DNA from: an uncultured Lentisphaeria bacterium
GTDB taxonomy: Bacteria; Verrucomicrobiota; Lentisphaeria; Victivallales; UBA1829
Direction: 5' to 3'
Assembly (NCBI GenBank): GCA_905197955.1
Contig: CAJKAR010000018.1
Coordinates: 16,374-80,373, forward strand
Length of the DNA stretch: 64,000 nucleotides
This document shows, piece after piece, positions 47,477 to 56,159 of this stretch (positions within the stretch are counted from its first letter, which is position 1; every line of letters begins with the position of its first letter). The notes beneath the pieces were generated by a model. That model was not told where the DNA came from, did not search any database, and saw nothing but the letters and a program-made list of their open reading frames with translations. Made by a program: the position numbers and the translations under genes.

Positions 47477-48505
47477 ATGGTTTCGATCAAGGACATTGCC
47501 AGACATACGGGATACGGAGTATCGACCGTTTCGGCAGTGCTGAGCAACAAAGCGGGCAGTCTGGGAATCAAACAGGCGACCTGTGATAAAATTACCGCAG
47601 CCGCCGCCGAACTTGGTTATCGACGCAACAACATCGCTGCGCAGATGCAGTCCGGCCGCTCCAGAATGCTGGTGCAGTTTCTCCCCGATTTTCATGGAGA
47701 TTACCTCTCCCGAAGCGCACTGATGGCGAATATCGCCGCGCTCAAACTCGGCTACACAACCAGGGAGATCGTTTTCAGCCGGAACAGCGATTTCCGGAAA
47801 CTGGTGGATAATGCCATCGAACAGCGACCTGCCGCATTTTTCGCCTGGAACATTCAAGGGCCCAGACTGGAAATCCTTCTGCATGATTCCCGCAGATACA
47901 AGATTCCTCTTGCTCTGCTGGACATTGATGTCGAAGAAGCGGATCTCTGCGTGATCACGGATGACCTTTCCGGAATCCGTCAGGCAGTCGATCACCTTTA
48001 TGAACTGGGGCATCGCCGCATCGTGCACGCGACAGATACTTTTAAGGCACAATATGCGAAAAACCGTTTCAACGCCTATGCACAGTGTCTGAAGGAAAAA
48101 GGTCTCGTTCTGGACAAATCGCTCTGCTACCACGACTACATGACATCCAATCCGGAAAAGCTGATCGAATATGTGAAAATGCTGACATCTCTGCGGGAAC
48201 CGCCAACCGCCGTCACCTGCGGATCCGACTATATGGCATTCAAGCTGATGATGCTTTTTCCGCGTTTTGGATTCCGGGTTCCGGAGGATATCTCTCTGAT
48301 CGGATTCGGCGGACTGCCGCTTGCCGAAGTCGCGGTTCCAATGCTGACGACAATCGACCAGTCGCTGGATCGGCTCGGTGCAAATGCCGTCGAGACCATG
48401 ATCCGGCTTCTGAACCGAAAATCCGTTCCCGCACGCATCCTCCAGCCCACCACCTTGAACATTGCTCAAACAACAACTATACCAAAGACAGGAGTGCAAG
48501 TATGA
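47477..48505 (+). CDS. LacI family transcriptional regulator, module 3
   Basis: N-terminal [28 protein letters not shown] followed by a PBP1 effector domain. Confidence 0.9.
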   Translation: MVSIKDIARHTGYGVSTVSAVLSNKAGSLGIKQATCDKITAAAAELGYRRNNIAAQMQSGRSRMLVQFLPDFHGDYLSRSALMANIAALKLGYTTREIVFSRNSDFRKLVDNAIEQRPAAFFAWNIQGPRLEILLHDSRRYKIPLALLDIDVEEADLCVITDDLSGIRQAVDHLYELGHRRIVHATDTFKAQYAKNRFNAYAQCLKEKGLVLDKSLCYHDYMTSNPEKLIEYVKMLTSLREPPTAVTCGSDYMAFKLMMLFPRFGFRVPEDISLIGFGGLPLAEVAVPMLTTIDQSLDRLGANAVETMIRLLNRKSVPARILQPTTLNIAQTTTIPKTGVQV

Positions 48506-49233
48506 CAGCTGAATACCCGGTCCATCTCAGAAAAGAAAGGATGATTTTCACACTCATTGAACTGCTTGTTGTAATTGCAATTATAGCAATTCTGGCAGCA
48601 ATTCTGCTGCCGGCCTTGAATTCCGCAAAGCTGAAAGCCCGTCAGATCGAATGTGTGAACCATCTCCGCATGTTCGGTCAGGCAGGCAATACCTATGCCG
48701 CCGATTACAACGATTTCTGGTTTCCCAGAGATGCAAAAGTTCCGGACAAAACAAATCCGACCACCTTCATCAACAATCTGACCATCCGGGCGAAATATCT
48801 GAATATCGACATCCGGAAATACAGTGTCGAAGGCTGGATTCCCCGTAACCTCCTCTGTCCCGTTTCCTCCGCCATGCAGAAAAATTATTCCTACGGCAGC
48901 TATTTTTCCAACTCCTACGGCATCACTTACAATGGCACGGAAAATGAGAATCCAGCTGGCTCCGGGTTCCGGGGATTCAAACTGACTCAGATCAAACGTC
49001 ATTCGGCCGCCATGGCAATGGCGGATGCGCAGGACTACCTGATCTGGCAGACCAATTATTATGAGTATATCAAGAAACGGGAAAACGTTTCTCTCAATTC
49101 CGGAAACGGAATGCTGGCATACCGGCATTTCGAGGGATTCAACGGAGTTTTCTTCGATGCGCATGTGGAAAATCTCCGTTACGGAGCATTTGTGGAACGG
49201 AAAAGTGCTCTGATGTATCCTCTGAATCCATAA
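48502..49233 (+). CDS. pseudopilin-like protein (prepilin-type N-terminus, H-X9-DA C-terminus), module 3
   Basis: [40 protein letters not shown]-terminus is [19 protein letters not shown]. The ATG at 48502 has an AGGAG SD 7 nt upstream and overlaps the LacI stop (ATGA). The 48085 ORF extension is rejected. Confidence 0.85.
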   Translation: MTAEYPVHLRKERMIFTLIELLVVIAIIAILAAILLPALNSAKLKARQIECVNHLRMFGQAGNTYAADYNDFWFPRDAKVPDKTNPTTFINNLTIRAKYLNIDIRKYSVEGWIPRNLLCPVSSAMQKNYSYGSYFSNSYGITYNGTENENPAGSGFRGFKLTQIKRHSAAMAMADAQDYLIWQTNYYEYIKKRENVSLNSGNGMLAYRHFEGFNGVFFDAHVENLRYGAFVERKSALMYPLNP

Positions 49234-49260
49234 ACAAAAAACATGAAAGGAAAAATTCAC

Positions 49261-51477
49261 ATGAAACTGCGTTTTCTTCTTCTGCCGCTGCTCTGCGGTC
49301 TGATACAGAGTCATGCGGCACCGGAGAAAGAGGTGGCGTTTCCCGCGGGAAGTGTTCTCTTCTCTGAAAACTTCGACGGACTGAAACACTGGAGTCCCGA
49401 CCCCTTTGCCTCCACGGCGGAAAATACACTGACCATTCGTGCAGGAAGCAGCGGAACTTCACGCTCGGGCAACGAAATTCTGGCGCAGGATGTCTTCGGC
49501 GATCAGACCCGGGCAACGACCAACAATTATACGATCACCCGGGGCATCAACGCCTTTCTGAGTCGGGCAAAAGGATATGGAGCGGAACTTCTGTTCGAAG
49601 CGAAAGCGGAAGGCGTTCCCCGTCCGGCGGTCCCGTGGGAAGGTATCCGAATTGCGCTCAATTACGCAACGGAAGTCGATCACTATGCTGATTCCTACAA
49701 CGGTCTTTCCGGCTCGTTCCCGTGGAAGCAGTTCCGGCTGAAAATCCGGATTCCCGCCGATCTGCGCGATGCCTCCCTGACACTCGGAATTCTGGGAAAA
49801 CAGGGAAGTGTCTCATTCCGGAATGTCAAAATCGTTGTAACAGGTCCCCCTCTCGCCGCACTGGCCAGGGACAATGCGCCTCCACCGTACAAAGGGCATG
49901 ATCTCAAGGCCCTGCGCGGGTTCAATACCTGTGACAACATTCTCCCGAACGGCAGAATCGGACAGACAGTGAAAGAGTGGAATGTCAATCTTCTGAAACT
50001 GCATCTTCATCTCCGGGATCTTCCGTTCAACCTCTCCGATTCCGAACTGGACAAGCAGCTGGAAAAGACCTTCCGGAAATGGGATAAAGCACTCGCAGAA
50101 GCCGATCAGTGCGGAACATATCTGATCTTCCAGGCGTTTGCTCCGTGGAGAGAGAACAATGACTGGGCTCATTCCGATCTCTTCTACACTCGTCCCGGCT
50201 ATGCGGAATATTTCGTCAAGATCTGGCAGAAAATCGCCAGACGCTATCAGGGGAATCGCAGAATTTATGCGTTCGAACTGCTTAACGAAAGCTGTTTCCG
50301 GGTCGAAAAACAGCCGGGGTTCCCGGACTATGAAGAGCTGATGGAACGTGCCGCACAGGCCATCAATGCGATTGATCCGGAACGGACTATTCTGGTTCAG
50401 CCGGAAGAATGGTTCGGACAGCGGGCATTTCAATCGCTGCGTCCGATCCGGGCAAAAAATGTCGTTTACGCCGTGCACTTCTACTCGCCGTTTTCCTATA
50501 CGCATCAGAGAATCGGTTCCGGAAGAGCGCAAAGTGTCACATATCCGGGGAAGTGCGAAGGCAATTACTGGGACAAAGCCATGCTGCGCAAAGCCCTTCA
50601 GCCGGCGCGGGATTTTCAGCGGGCATACAACGTTCACATACTGGTCTCTGAATTCAGTGCAATCGCATCCGCACCGAACCGGGAGAAATATCTGAACGAT
50701 CTTCTGGAGATCTTCGATGAATACGGATGGGACTGGACCTTCCACGCCTATATGGAATTTTACGGCTGGGGACCGGATTACATCACCGCACCCGATTACG
50801 AACAGAAATACTGGGACAAGGCAAAATCCTGGATCCGCAAACCCGATAATCCGACAGCAGCAGTCCTGAAACGATTCCTCCGGAACAACGAACTCCGCAA
50901 AAAAAAGTTTGACCGGAAAGCATTCGATCGCGAATTTCCTCCCTCTGCCAAAGCGACCCATTCCGGAGCGATCTATGTAACAGCCGACGCAGGCAATCAC
51001 CTGCGTCCCGTTCCCATGCGCGAACTTCCCGGCTCCTGTTCCAACCCGAACTGGGACAAGAAATCCATCTGGGCCAACACGCCGCAGCTTCCGGACGGAA
51101 AATGGGTTCCCTTCACCTTCGCCTTTCTCCCCGAAAAGGACGGAGAGATCACCCTGACCTTTATCGTCAACGACTGCGTGAACCGCTCGGATAAAACCCC
51201 CAATCTCTGTACACTGGCATGGGATGATCTCACGCTCGAAGGCGCCCGGCTCATCAACGGAGATTTCGAACTCCGCGATGCAAAGGGCAAATACACCACA
51301 TGGCCCTGGTTCGGCGGCAGCGCCTTTCAGCACGACAACATTCCACCGCACGGCGGAAAACGGATGCTGATCCTGAAAGGAAAACAGCAGGCGGCACAAC
51401 GGAAGATCAAAGTGAAAGGCGGACAGCCGATCACCTTCCGCGGATCGCTCCGCGTGATCGACTGCTCTAAGAAATAA
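49261..51477 (+). CDS. secreted glycoside hydrolase family 5-like enzyme with N- and C-terminal beta-sandwich domains
   Basis: Signal peptide MKLRFLLLPLLCGLIQSHA (alternative start 49243). Catalytic-type motifs FELLNES and ILVSEFSAI. Long blocks are collinear with the GH5 at 33872..35518. Confidence 0.8.
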   Translation: MKLRFLLLPLLCGLIQSHAAPEKEVAFPAGSVLFSENFDGLKHWSPDPFASTAENTLTIRAGSSGTSRSGNEILAQDVFGDQTRATTNNYTITRGINAFLSRAKGYGAELLFEAKAEGVPRPAVPWEGIRIALNYATEVDHYADSYNGLSGSFPWKQFRLKIRIPADLRDASLTLGILGKQGSVSFRNVKIVVTGPPLAALARDNAPPPYKGHDLKALRGFNTCDNILPNGRIGQTVKEWNVNLLKLHLHLRDLPFNLSDSELDKQLEKTFRKWDKALAEADQCGTYLIFQAFAPWRENNDWAHSDLFYTRPGYAEYFVKIWQKIARRYQGNRRIYAFELLNESCFRVEKQPGFPDYEELMERAAQAINAIDPERTILVQPEEWFGQRAFQSLRPIRAKNVVYAVHFYSPFSYTHQRIGSGRAQSVTYPGKCEGNYWDKAMLRKALQPARDFQRAYNVHILVSEFSAIASAPNREKYLNDLLEIFDEYGWDWTFHAYMEFYGWGPDYITAPDYEQKYWDKAKSWIRKPDNPTAAVLKRFLRNNELRKKKFDRKAFDREFPPSAKATHSGAIYVTADAGNHLRPVPMRELPGSCSNPNWDKKSIWANTPQLPDGKWVPFTFAFLPEKDGEITLTFIVNDCVNRSDKTPNLCTLAWDDLTLEGARLINGDFELRDAKGKYTTWPWFGGSAFQHDNIPPHGGKRMLILKGKQQAAQRKIKVKGGQPITFRGSLRVIDCSKK

Positions 51478-51494
51478 AGATTTTTCCCCCGTTC

Positions 51495-51524
51495 TCACCG
51501 CTTCTTCCATCAATGAAGCGGTGA
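51495..51524. other. hairpin between convergent genes (possible terminator, no U-tract)
   Basis: TCACCGCTTC (51495-51504) pairs with GAAGCGGTGA (51515-51524), with a 10-nt loop. Confidence 0.4.
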
Positions 51525-51549
51525 CCGGCGGGAGCTCTTGAAATCAGAA

Positions 51550-52311
51550 TCAATTTAGAGTACGGAGAAAGGATTCGATCCGCTCTTCAATATCGCGATG
51601 CAGTTTGTGAGGATCGCTCCGGGGAATCCAGATGCAGTGTCCGTCGTTGCTGCGATTGTAATAATAGGTTTCGATCCGCGTTCCATTCTTCTCGACGGCG
51701 GAAACGAATACCTTGGCGGACTCAATCGGCACAACGGTATCATAAAGAGCATGTGTGCAGAGAATCGGCGGACTCTGTTTTGTCAGGAAATTCGCAGGCG
51801 TGATGGCATCCAGATCCGCCTCGGTAGGCGCATGCCCGAAGAGCTGTGTGTAACGGCCCGGAGCGATTTTCCAATCCGCCCTGGGATCGTCGATTCCGGA
51901 GATGGATACGATCCCGGAGACCCGTTCCGGCGGAAGACGGAGCCCGGTCATCAGCGCCAGATGCCCTCCGGCGGAGGCCCCGACCACAAAAACCCGTCTC
52001 CGGTCAAAACCGCAGAGTTCTGGCCGATCCGCATTCAGAAAGAAATCCGCGGCCTCCAGACAGTCATCCCCGCAGGCGGGCCACGGCGCAATGGTCGAAA
52101 GGCGGTAGTGAATGTTGTAAACGGCAAATCCCAGTCCGCAGAGGAATTCGGCGACCCCGGCAAAACTGTACTTTTCCATAGCGGACCAGCCGCCGCCATG
52201 AATCGTCAGAGCGGCAGGGGGCTGTGCCGAAAGGGAATCAGGCAGATACAAATCCCCCAGTCCGCGCTCCCCGTAGGCCGGCTGATAGACGAAATCTCTC
52301 ACAATCTTCAT
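51550..52311 (-). CDS. alpha/beta hydrolase fold-3 esterase
   Basis: Oxyanion-hole motif HGGGW and nucleophile elbow GASAGGHLA. The ATG at 52311 gives MKIVRDFVYQP. The longer ORF start at 52353 is less likely. Confidence 0.8.
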   Translation of the reverse strand: MKIVRDFVYQPAYGERGLGDLYLPDSLSAQPPAALTIHGGGWSAMEKYSFAGVAEFLCGLGFAVYNIHYRLSTIAPWPACGDDCLEAADFFLNADRPELCGFDRRRVFVVGASAGGHLALMTGLRLPPERVSGIVSISGIDDPRADWKIAPGRYTQLFGHAPTEADLDAITPANFLTKQSPPILCTHALYDTVVPIESAKVFVSAVEKNGTRIETYYYNRSNDGHCIWIPRSDPHKLHRDIEERIESFLRTLN

Positions 52312-52374
52312 TTTCAACCTCATAAAAAAGGCCGTCCGGAAGTGGACAGCCATCTGTTATTTTCTGCGCAGAAA

Positions 52375-52845
52375 TTACTTTGCAGGTTTGATTACAACGG
52401 CACACGGAATGCCGTAATTGCCATCGGCCTTTCCATTGTGCGCAGGGACTTCGATTTTCCCCGCCTTGACCTGTTTTTCATAAACGGTGTCAGCTCCGGC
52501 GCTCCACTGGACTTTCATTGAAGTTTTCTTCCAATCCGCAGGAATGGTCGGAGTTCCGCGGTCGTGCACGAGAAGATAAACGGTCGCAGGCTGATCAATC
52601 GTAAGCGAGAATCCGGCACCGGGCTTTTTCATCGATCCACGCGAAACGGTAACGATCGGAAGACCTTTCAAGGAATCAGGGACCTTCATGAAGACAAAAG
52701 ATCCTCCGGTTGTACGAGTCTTTGCTTTCTGCTCAATCTTAGCTACCTTCGCGCTTCCGGTCAAACCGGAAATCTTGACCTCGGCAGCGGAAACACAGAT
52801 GGCTCCGGCGCACAGAACAGCAGCGATCACACTCATGAATTTCAT
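52375..52845 (-). CDS. small secreted protein of unknown function (beta-rich)
   Basis: 156 aa with signal peptide MKFMSVIAAVLCAGAICVSAAE. No recognisable motif. Lies 63 nt upstream of the esterase gene on the same strand. Confidence 0.55.
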   Translation of the reverse strand: MKFMSVIAAVLCAGAICVSAAEVKISGLTGSAKVAKIEQKAKTRTTGGSFVFMKVPDSLKGLPIVTVSRGSMKKPGAGFSLTIDQPATVYLLVHDRGTPTIPADWKKTSMKVQWSAGADTVYEKQVKAGKIEVPAHNGKADGNYGIPCAVVIKPAK

Positions 52846-52983
52846 TTGCTCTCCTCCTTTTCTTTGGTGTTTTCTATAATAAACCGAAAAAAAGAAAAGT
52901 CAAACGGGGAATGGAAAAATCATGATTTTCCGCAGAGAGAGATCCGCATCTGCCACAGTCGGAAAACCGACGGATTCCCTGGA

Positions 52984-53883
52984 TCAAAGGCTCTTGAGTT
53001 CGCGCCGGAAGGGAATCGAATCCGCCGCGCCGAGGCGTCCGACACAGAGACCGGATGCCGCAGCCGCCGTTTTCATCGCCTTTTCCGGAGAAGCTCCGAG
53101 AGCCGTCTCCGCCAGGAAATAGCCGATAAACGTATCTCCCGCGGCAGTCGTATCCACCACTTTCTCCACGCTCGATGCCGGCACGAACACCACGCGCTCC
53201 TCCGCACGACCGAGATACATGGCTCCGCTTGCACCCAGAGTCATCAGCAGATTGGCAGAAGGATACTTTGTCTGAAGGGATCGGATCACCTGTTCCGGTC
53301 CGCTCTCCGCATCGGTTCCGGCAAGACCTGCAGCTTCAATCTCGTTCACAATGAAAGTATCCACCTGTTCCAGCGGATACGAAAACACACGATCATTCAT
53401 CGGGGCGGGATTGAAAAAGATACGCAGTCCGGCTCTGTCTGCGGCTTCCATGATCTCCTTCATGCGGCTGATCTCATTCTGAAGAAGCAGGAAATCGCCG
53501 CGCTCCATCGACTGGATCGAACGGAGAATCTGCGCTTCCGAAATCCGCATGTTGGCGCCGCCGAAGAGGACGATGCAGTTCTCGCCTTTTGCAGAGACTT
53601 GAATCATCGCATGTCCCGTCGGCTCTTCCGGTGCGACTTCCAGCAGAGAGCAATCCACGCCGGAAGATTCCAGTTTCTCCTTCAGAAAAAGTCCGTCGGA
53701 ACCGATCCGCCCGGCGTGAAGCACCTCCGCGCCCGCCCGCGCCAGAGCAATCGACTGATTCAGCCCCTTTCCTCCGCAGAAACGGGAGTAGTTTTCCGCC
53801 GAAATCGTCTCCCCCGGCTTTACAAAATCGGCGACATTGTAAACATGATCGATATTCAGCGAACCGAAATTCAGAATCTTCAT
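52984..53883 (-). CDS. rbsK: ribokinase (PfkB family)
   Basis: The ATG at 53883 gives MKILNFGSLNIDHV, preceded by an AAGGAG SD. Motifs GGKGLNQS and DTTAAGDTF match the ribokinase signatures. The 113-aa N-terminal ORF extension to 54222 is rejected. Confidence 0.85.
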   Translation of the reverse strand: MKILNFGSLNIDHVYNVADFVKPGETISAENYSRFCGGKGLNQSIALARAGAEVLHAGRIGSDGLFLKEKLESSGVDCSLLEVAPEEPTGHAMIQVSAKGENCIVLFGGANMRISEAQILRSIQSMERGDFLLLQNEISRMKEIMEAADRAGLRIFFNPAPMNDRVFSYPLEQVDTFIVNEIEAAGLAGTDAESGPEQVIRSLQTKYPSANLLMTLGASGAMYLGRAEERVVFVPASSVEKVVDTTAAGDTFIGYFLAETALGASPEKAMKTAAAASGLCVGRLGAADSIPFRRELKSL

Positions 53884-54103
53884 ACCCCGCATTCTCCTTG
53901 TTTGAAACAATACTAAATCACGCGGAAGAGAAGGAATCAAGTGGCTGCCGCAGGATTTTCTGCGGAAAAAACAACACAAAATGCTTTTTCTCCATTCTCC
54001 GGAACAAATGAAAATTACCTTTTGATGAAAAATCCTGTTTTCGATTTGCACAAACCGTGCCGAAGCGTTATAGTTCCGAGTCAAACATGCAACAGGAGGA
54101 ACC

Positions 54104-54964
54104 ATGAGCGTCAAAATCGCCCTTTTGCAAAGCCGCGCATTCGAGACAAGAGAGGCATCCATCGCCGAACACGAAAAACGGATCGCGGAAGCCGCCGCAA
54201 ACGGCGCAAACATCATCTGCACGCAGGAACTCTGCTTTACCCCGTATTTCTGTCTGAATCAGGACCCTGCGAACTTCGATCTAGCAGAACCGATCCCGGG
54301 GCCGGTGACGGATCACTTTTCTGAAATTGCCCGGAAATATCAGGTGGTCCTGATTCTGTCGCTGTTCGAGCGGCGCGCCCCCGGACTCTGTCACAACACC
54401 GCGGCGATCATTGATGCCGACGGCACTTTTCTCGGCAAATACCGGAAAATGCACATTCCGCAGGATCCTGGATTTGAAGAGAAATTCTACTTCACCCCCG
54501 GCGATCTCGGCTTCCGCGCATGGCAGACCCGGTTTGGAAGAATCGGAGTCATCATCTGCTGGGACCAGTGGTATCCGGAATCGGCACGGCTGACGGCGCT
54601 CGACGGAGCGGAGATCATTTTCTGTCCGACGGCAATCGGCGGAATCGACTCGGAACCCGAAGAGCTTGCCAATCTCCAGCGGAAAGCCTGGCTGAATGCG
54701 CAAGTCTCCCATTCCGTCGCGAACGGATGCTACTACGCCGCAGTGAACCGGGTCGGCCGGGAGGGAGGCACCCGCTTCTGGGGGACTTCGTTCGTGTGCG
54801 ACTTCTACGGGAACCGGATCGCGGAGGCTTCGCAGGACAACGAGGAGATTCTCTACGCCACCTGCGATCTGCGCGCCATGGAGGAACACCGCCGGATGTG
54901 GCCCTTCTTCCGGGACCGCCGCATCGACGCATACCAAAATCTGCTGAGGAGATACAATGACTGA
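54104..54964 (+). CDS. aguB: N-carbamoylputrescine amidase (carbon-nitrogen hydrolase)
   Basis: CN-hydrolase catalytic triad context (CTQELCF, YRKMHIP, IGVIICWDQWYPE). Overlaps aguA by 8 nt. Confidence 0.9.
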   Translation: MSVKIALLQSRAFETREASIAEHEKRIAEAAANGANIICTQELCFTPYFCLNQDPANFDLAEPIPGPVTDHFSEIARKYQVVLILSLFERRAPGLCHNTAAIIDADGTFLGKYRKMHIPQDPGFEEKFYFTPGDLGFRAWQTRFGRIGVIICWDQWYPESARLTALDGAEIIFCPTAIGGIDSEPEELANLQRKAWLNAQVSHSVANGCYYAAVNRVGREGGTRFWGTSFVCDFYGNRIAEASQDNEEILYATCDLRAMEEHRRMWPFFRDRRIDAYQNLLRRYND

Positions 54965-56009
54965 TTTTCCTGCCCCCTCGGAATACGGATTTGCGATGCC
55001 GCCGGAATGGAGCCGTCAGGAAGGGGTCTTCCTGAGCTGGCCGCACAATCCCGCCACCTGGCCCGCGACCATGCCGGAAATCCGGAAAATTTTTGCGAAG
55101 TTTGCCGCCGCCATCTCCCGGTATGAAAAAGTCTGCATTCTCCGCGGGAACGCTGCGGCGGAATCCATACTGGAGGAGCTCTGCGAAGCCAATGCAACCA
55201 TGAACAACGTCCGGATCTTCGACATCCGGACCAACGATGTCTGGTGCCGCGATCATGGACCGGTCTTTGTCCGGAACGCCGCCACCGGAGAGCGCGCGAT
55301 CGTCGATTTCAACTACAATGCGTGGGGCGGAAAATTCCCGCCGTGGGATGCCGACAACGCCGTTCCCGGACGCCTCGCGGAAGAACTGAAGATGAAACGC
55401 TTCTCCATTCCGATCGTCTGCGAGGGCGGAGCGCTGGAGATCAACTCTCTCGGCGACCTCATGACCACAGAAACGGTTCTGCTCAATCCGAACCGGAATC
55501 CCGGAATCGGAAAAGAACAGATGGAGACCATTCTGAAAGCGGCACTCGGAGCAAAAAACATCCTCTGGCTGAAACAGGGTCTTGTGGGCGACGATACCGA
55601 TGGACACATCGACACTCTCGCCCGCTTCGTCCGCGACGACGCCATCCTTGCCGCCGTTGACGAGACCCCCTCCGGACGCAATCGCGAAGTTCTCCGCGAA
55701 AACATCCGTATTCTGGAACGAAACTGCAATTTGAAAGGCGAAAAATTCGAGATCATCCCCCTCCCCTGCCCCGATCCGATCGAACCCGAAGGCTGGCGCG
55801 AAACCGTTCTCCCCGCCACCTATACGAACTATCTGATCCTGAACGGAGCCGTTCTCGCGCCTTCCTACCGGAACGACAAATACGACGCAAAAGCCTGCGA
55901 GATCCTCTCCCGCTGCTTCCCGCGCCACAAAGTGGAAATGATCGACTGTTTCGACATCATTCTGGAAGGCGGTGCCCTGCACTGTCTCAGCCAGCAGATG
56001 CCGGCATAA
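54957..56009 (+). CDS. aguA: agmatine deiminase
   Basis: PPEWSRQEGVFLSWPHN, DVWCRDHGP and DGHIDTLARF blocks, plus the C-terminal catalytic Cys motif EGGALHCLSQQ. Confidence 0.9.
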   Translation: MTDFPAPSEYGFAMPPEWSRQEGVFLSWPHNPATWPATMPEIRKIFAKFAAAISRYEKVCILRGNAAAESILEELCEANATMNNVRIFDIRTNDVWCRDHGPVFVRNAATGERAIVDFNYNAWGGKFPPWDADNAVPGRLAEELKMKRFSIPIVCEGGALEINSLGDLMTTETVLLNPNRNPGIGKEQMETILKAALGAKNILWLKQGLVGDDTDGHIDTLARFVRDDAILAAVDETPSGRNREVLRENIRILERNCNLKGEKFEIIPLPCPDPIEPEGWRETVLPATYTNYLILNGAVLAPSYRNDKYDAKACEILSRCFPRHKVEMIDCFDIILEGGALHCLSQQMPA

Positions 56010-56098
56010 ACCATTCGTCCGATCCCTGCGTTTTCCGTTCGACGGCTCCATCCCCCGGAACTCAGCAGAACAACAACGAAAAAAATAACAAAAAACAA

Positions 56099-56135
56099 CG
56101 GAGTTCTCCTCGCAGGAAGAGAACTCCGCTTTTTT
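56099..56135 (+). terminator. rho-independent terminator after aguBA
   Basis: CGGAGTTCTC (56099-56108) pairs with GAGAACTCCG (56119-56128), followed by CTTTTTT. Confidence 0.85.
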
Positions 56136-56159
56136 ACAAACCGATCCAGGTAATCGCAA

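Noticed and set aside
53898-53910. 13-bp palindrome TTGTTTGAAACAA just upstream of the ribokinase SD, and a CCGCAG/CTGCGG hairpin at about 53950-53975.
   Set aside because: It could be an operator, but no regulator gene is adjacent and there is only one copy. The hairpin has its A/T tract on the wrong side to be a terminator on either strand. The evidence is too weak to call a feature.
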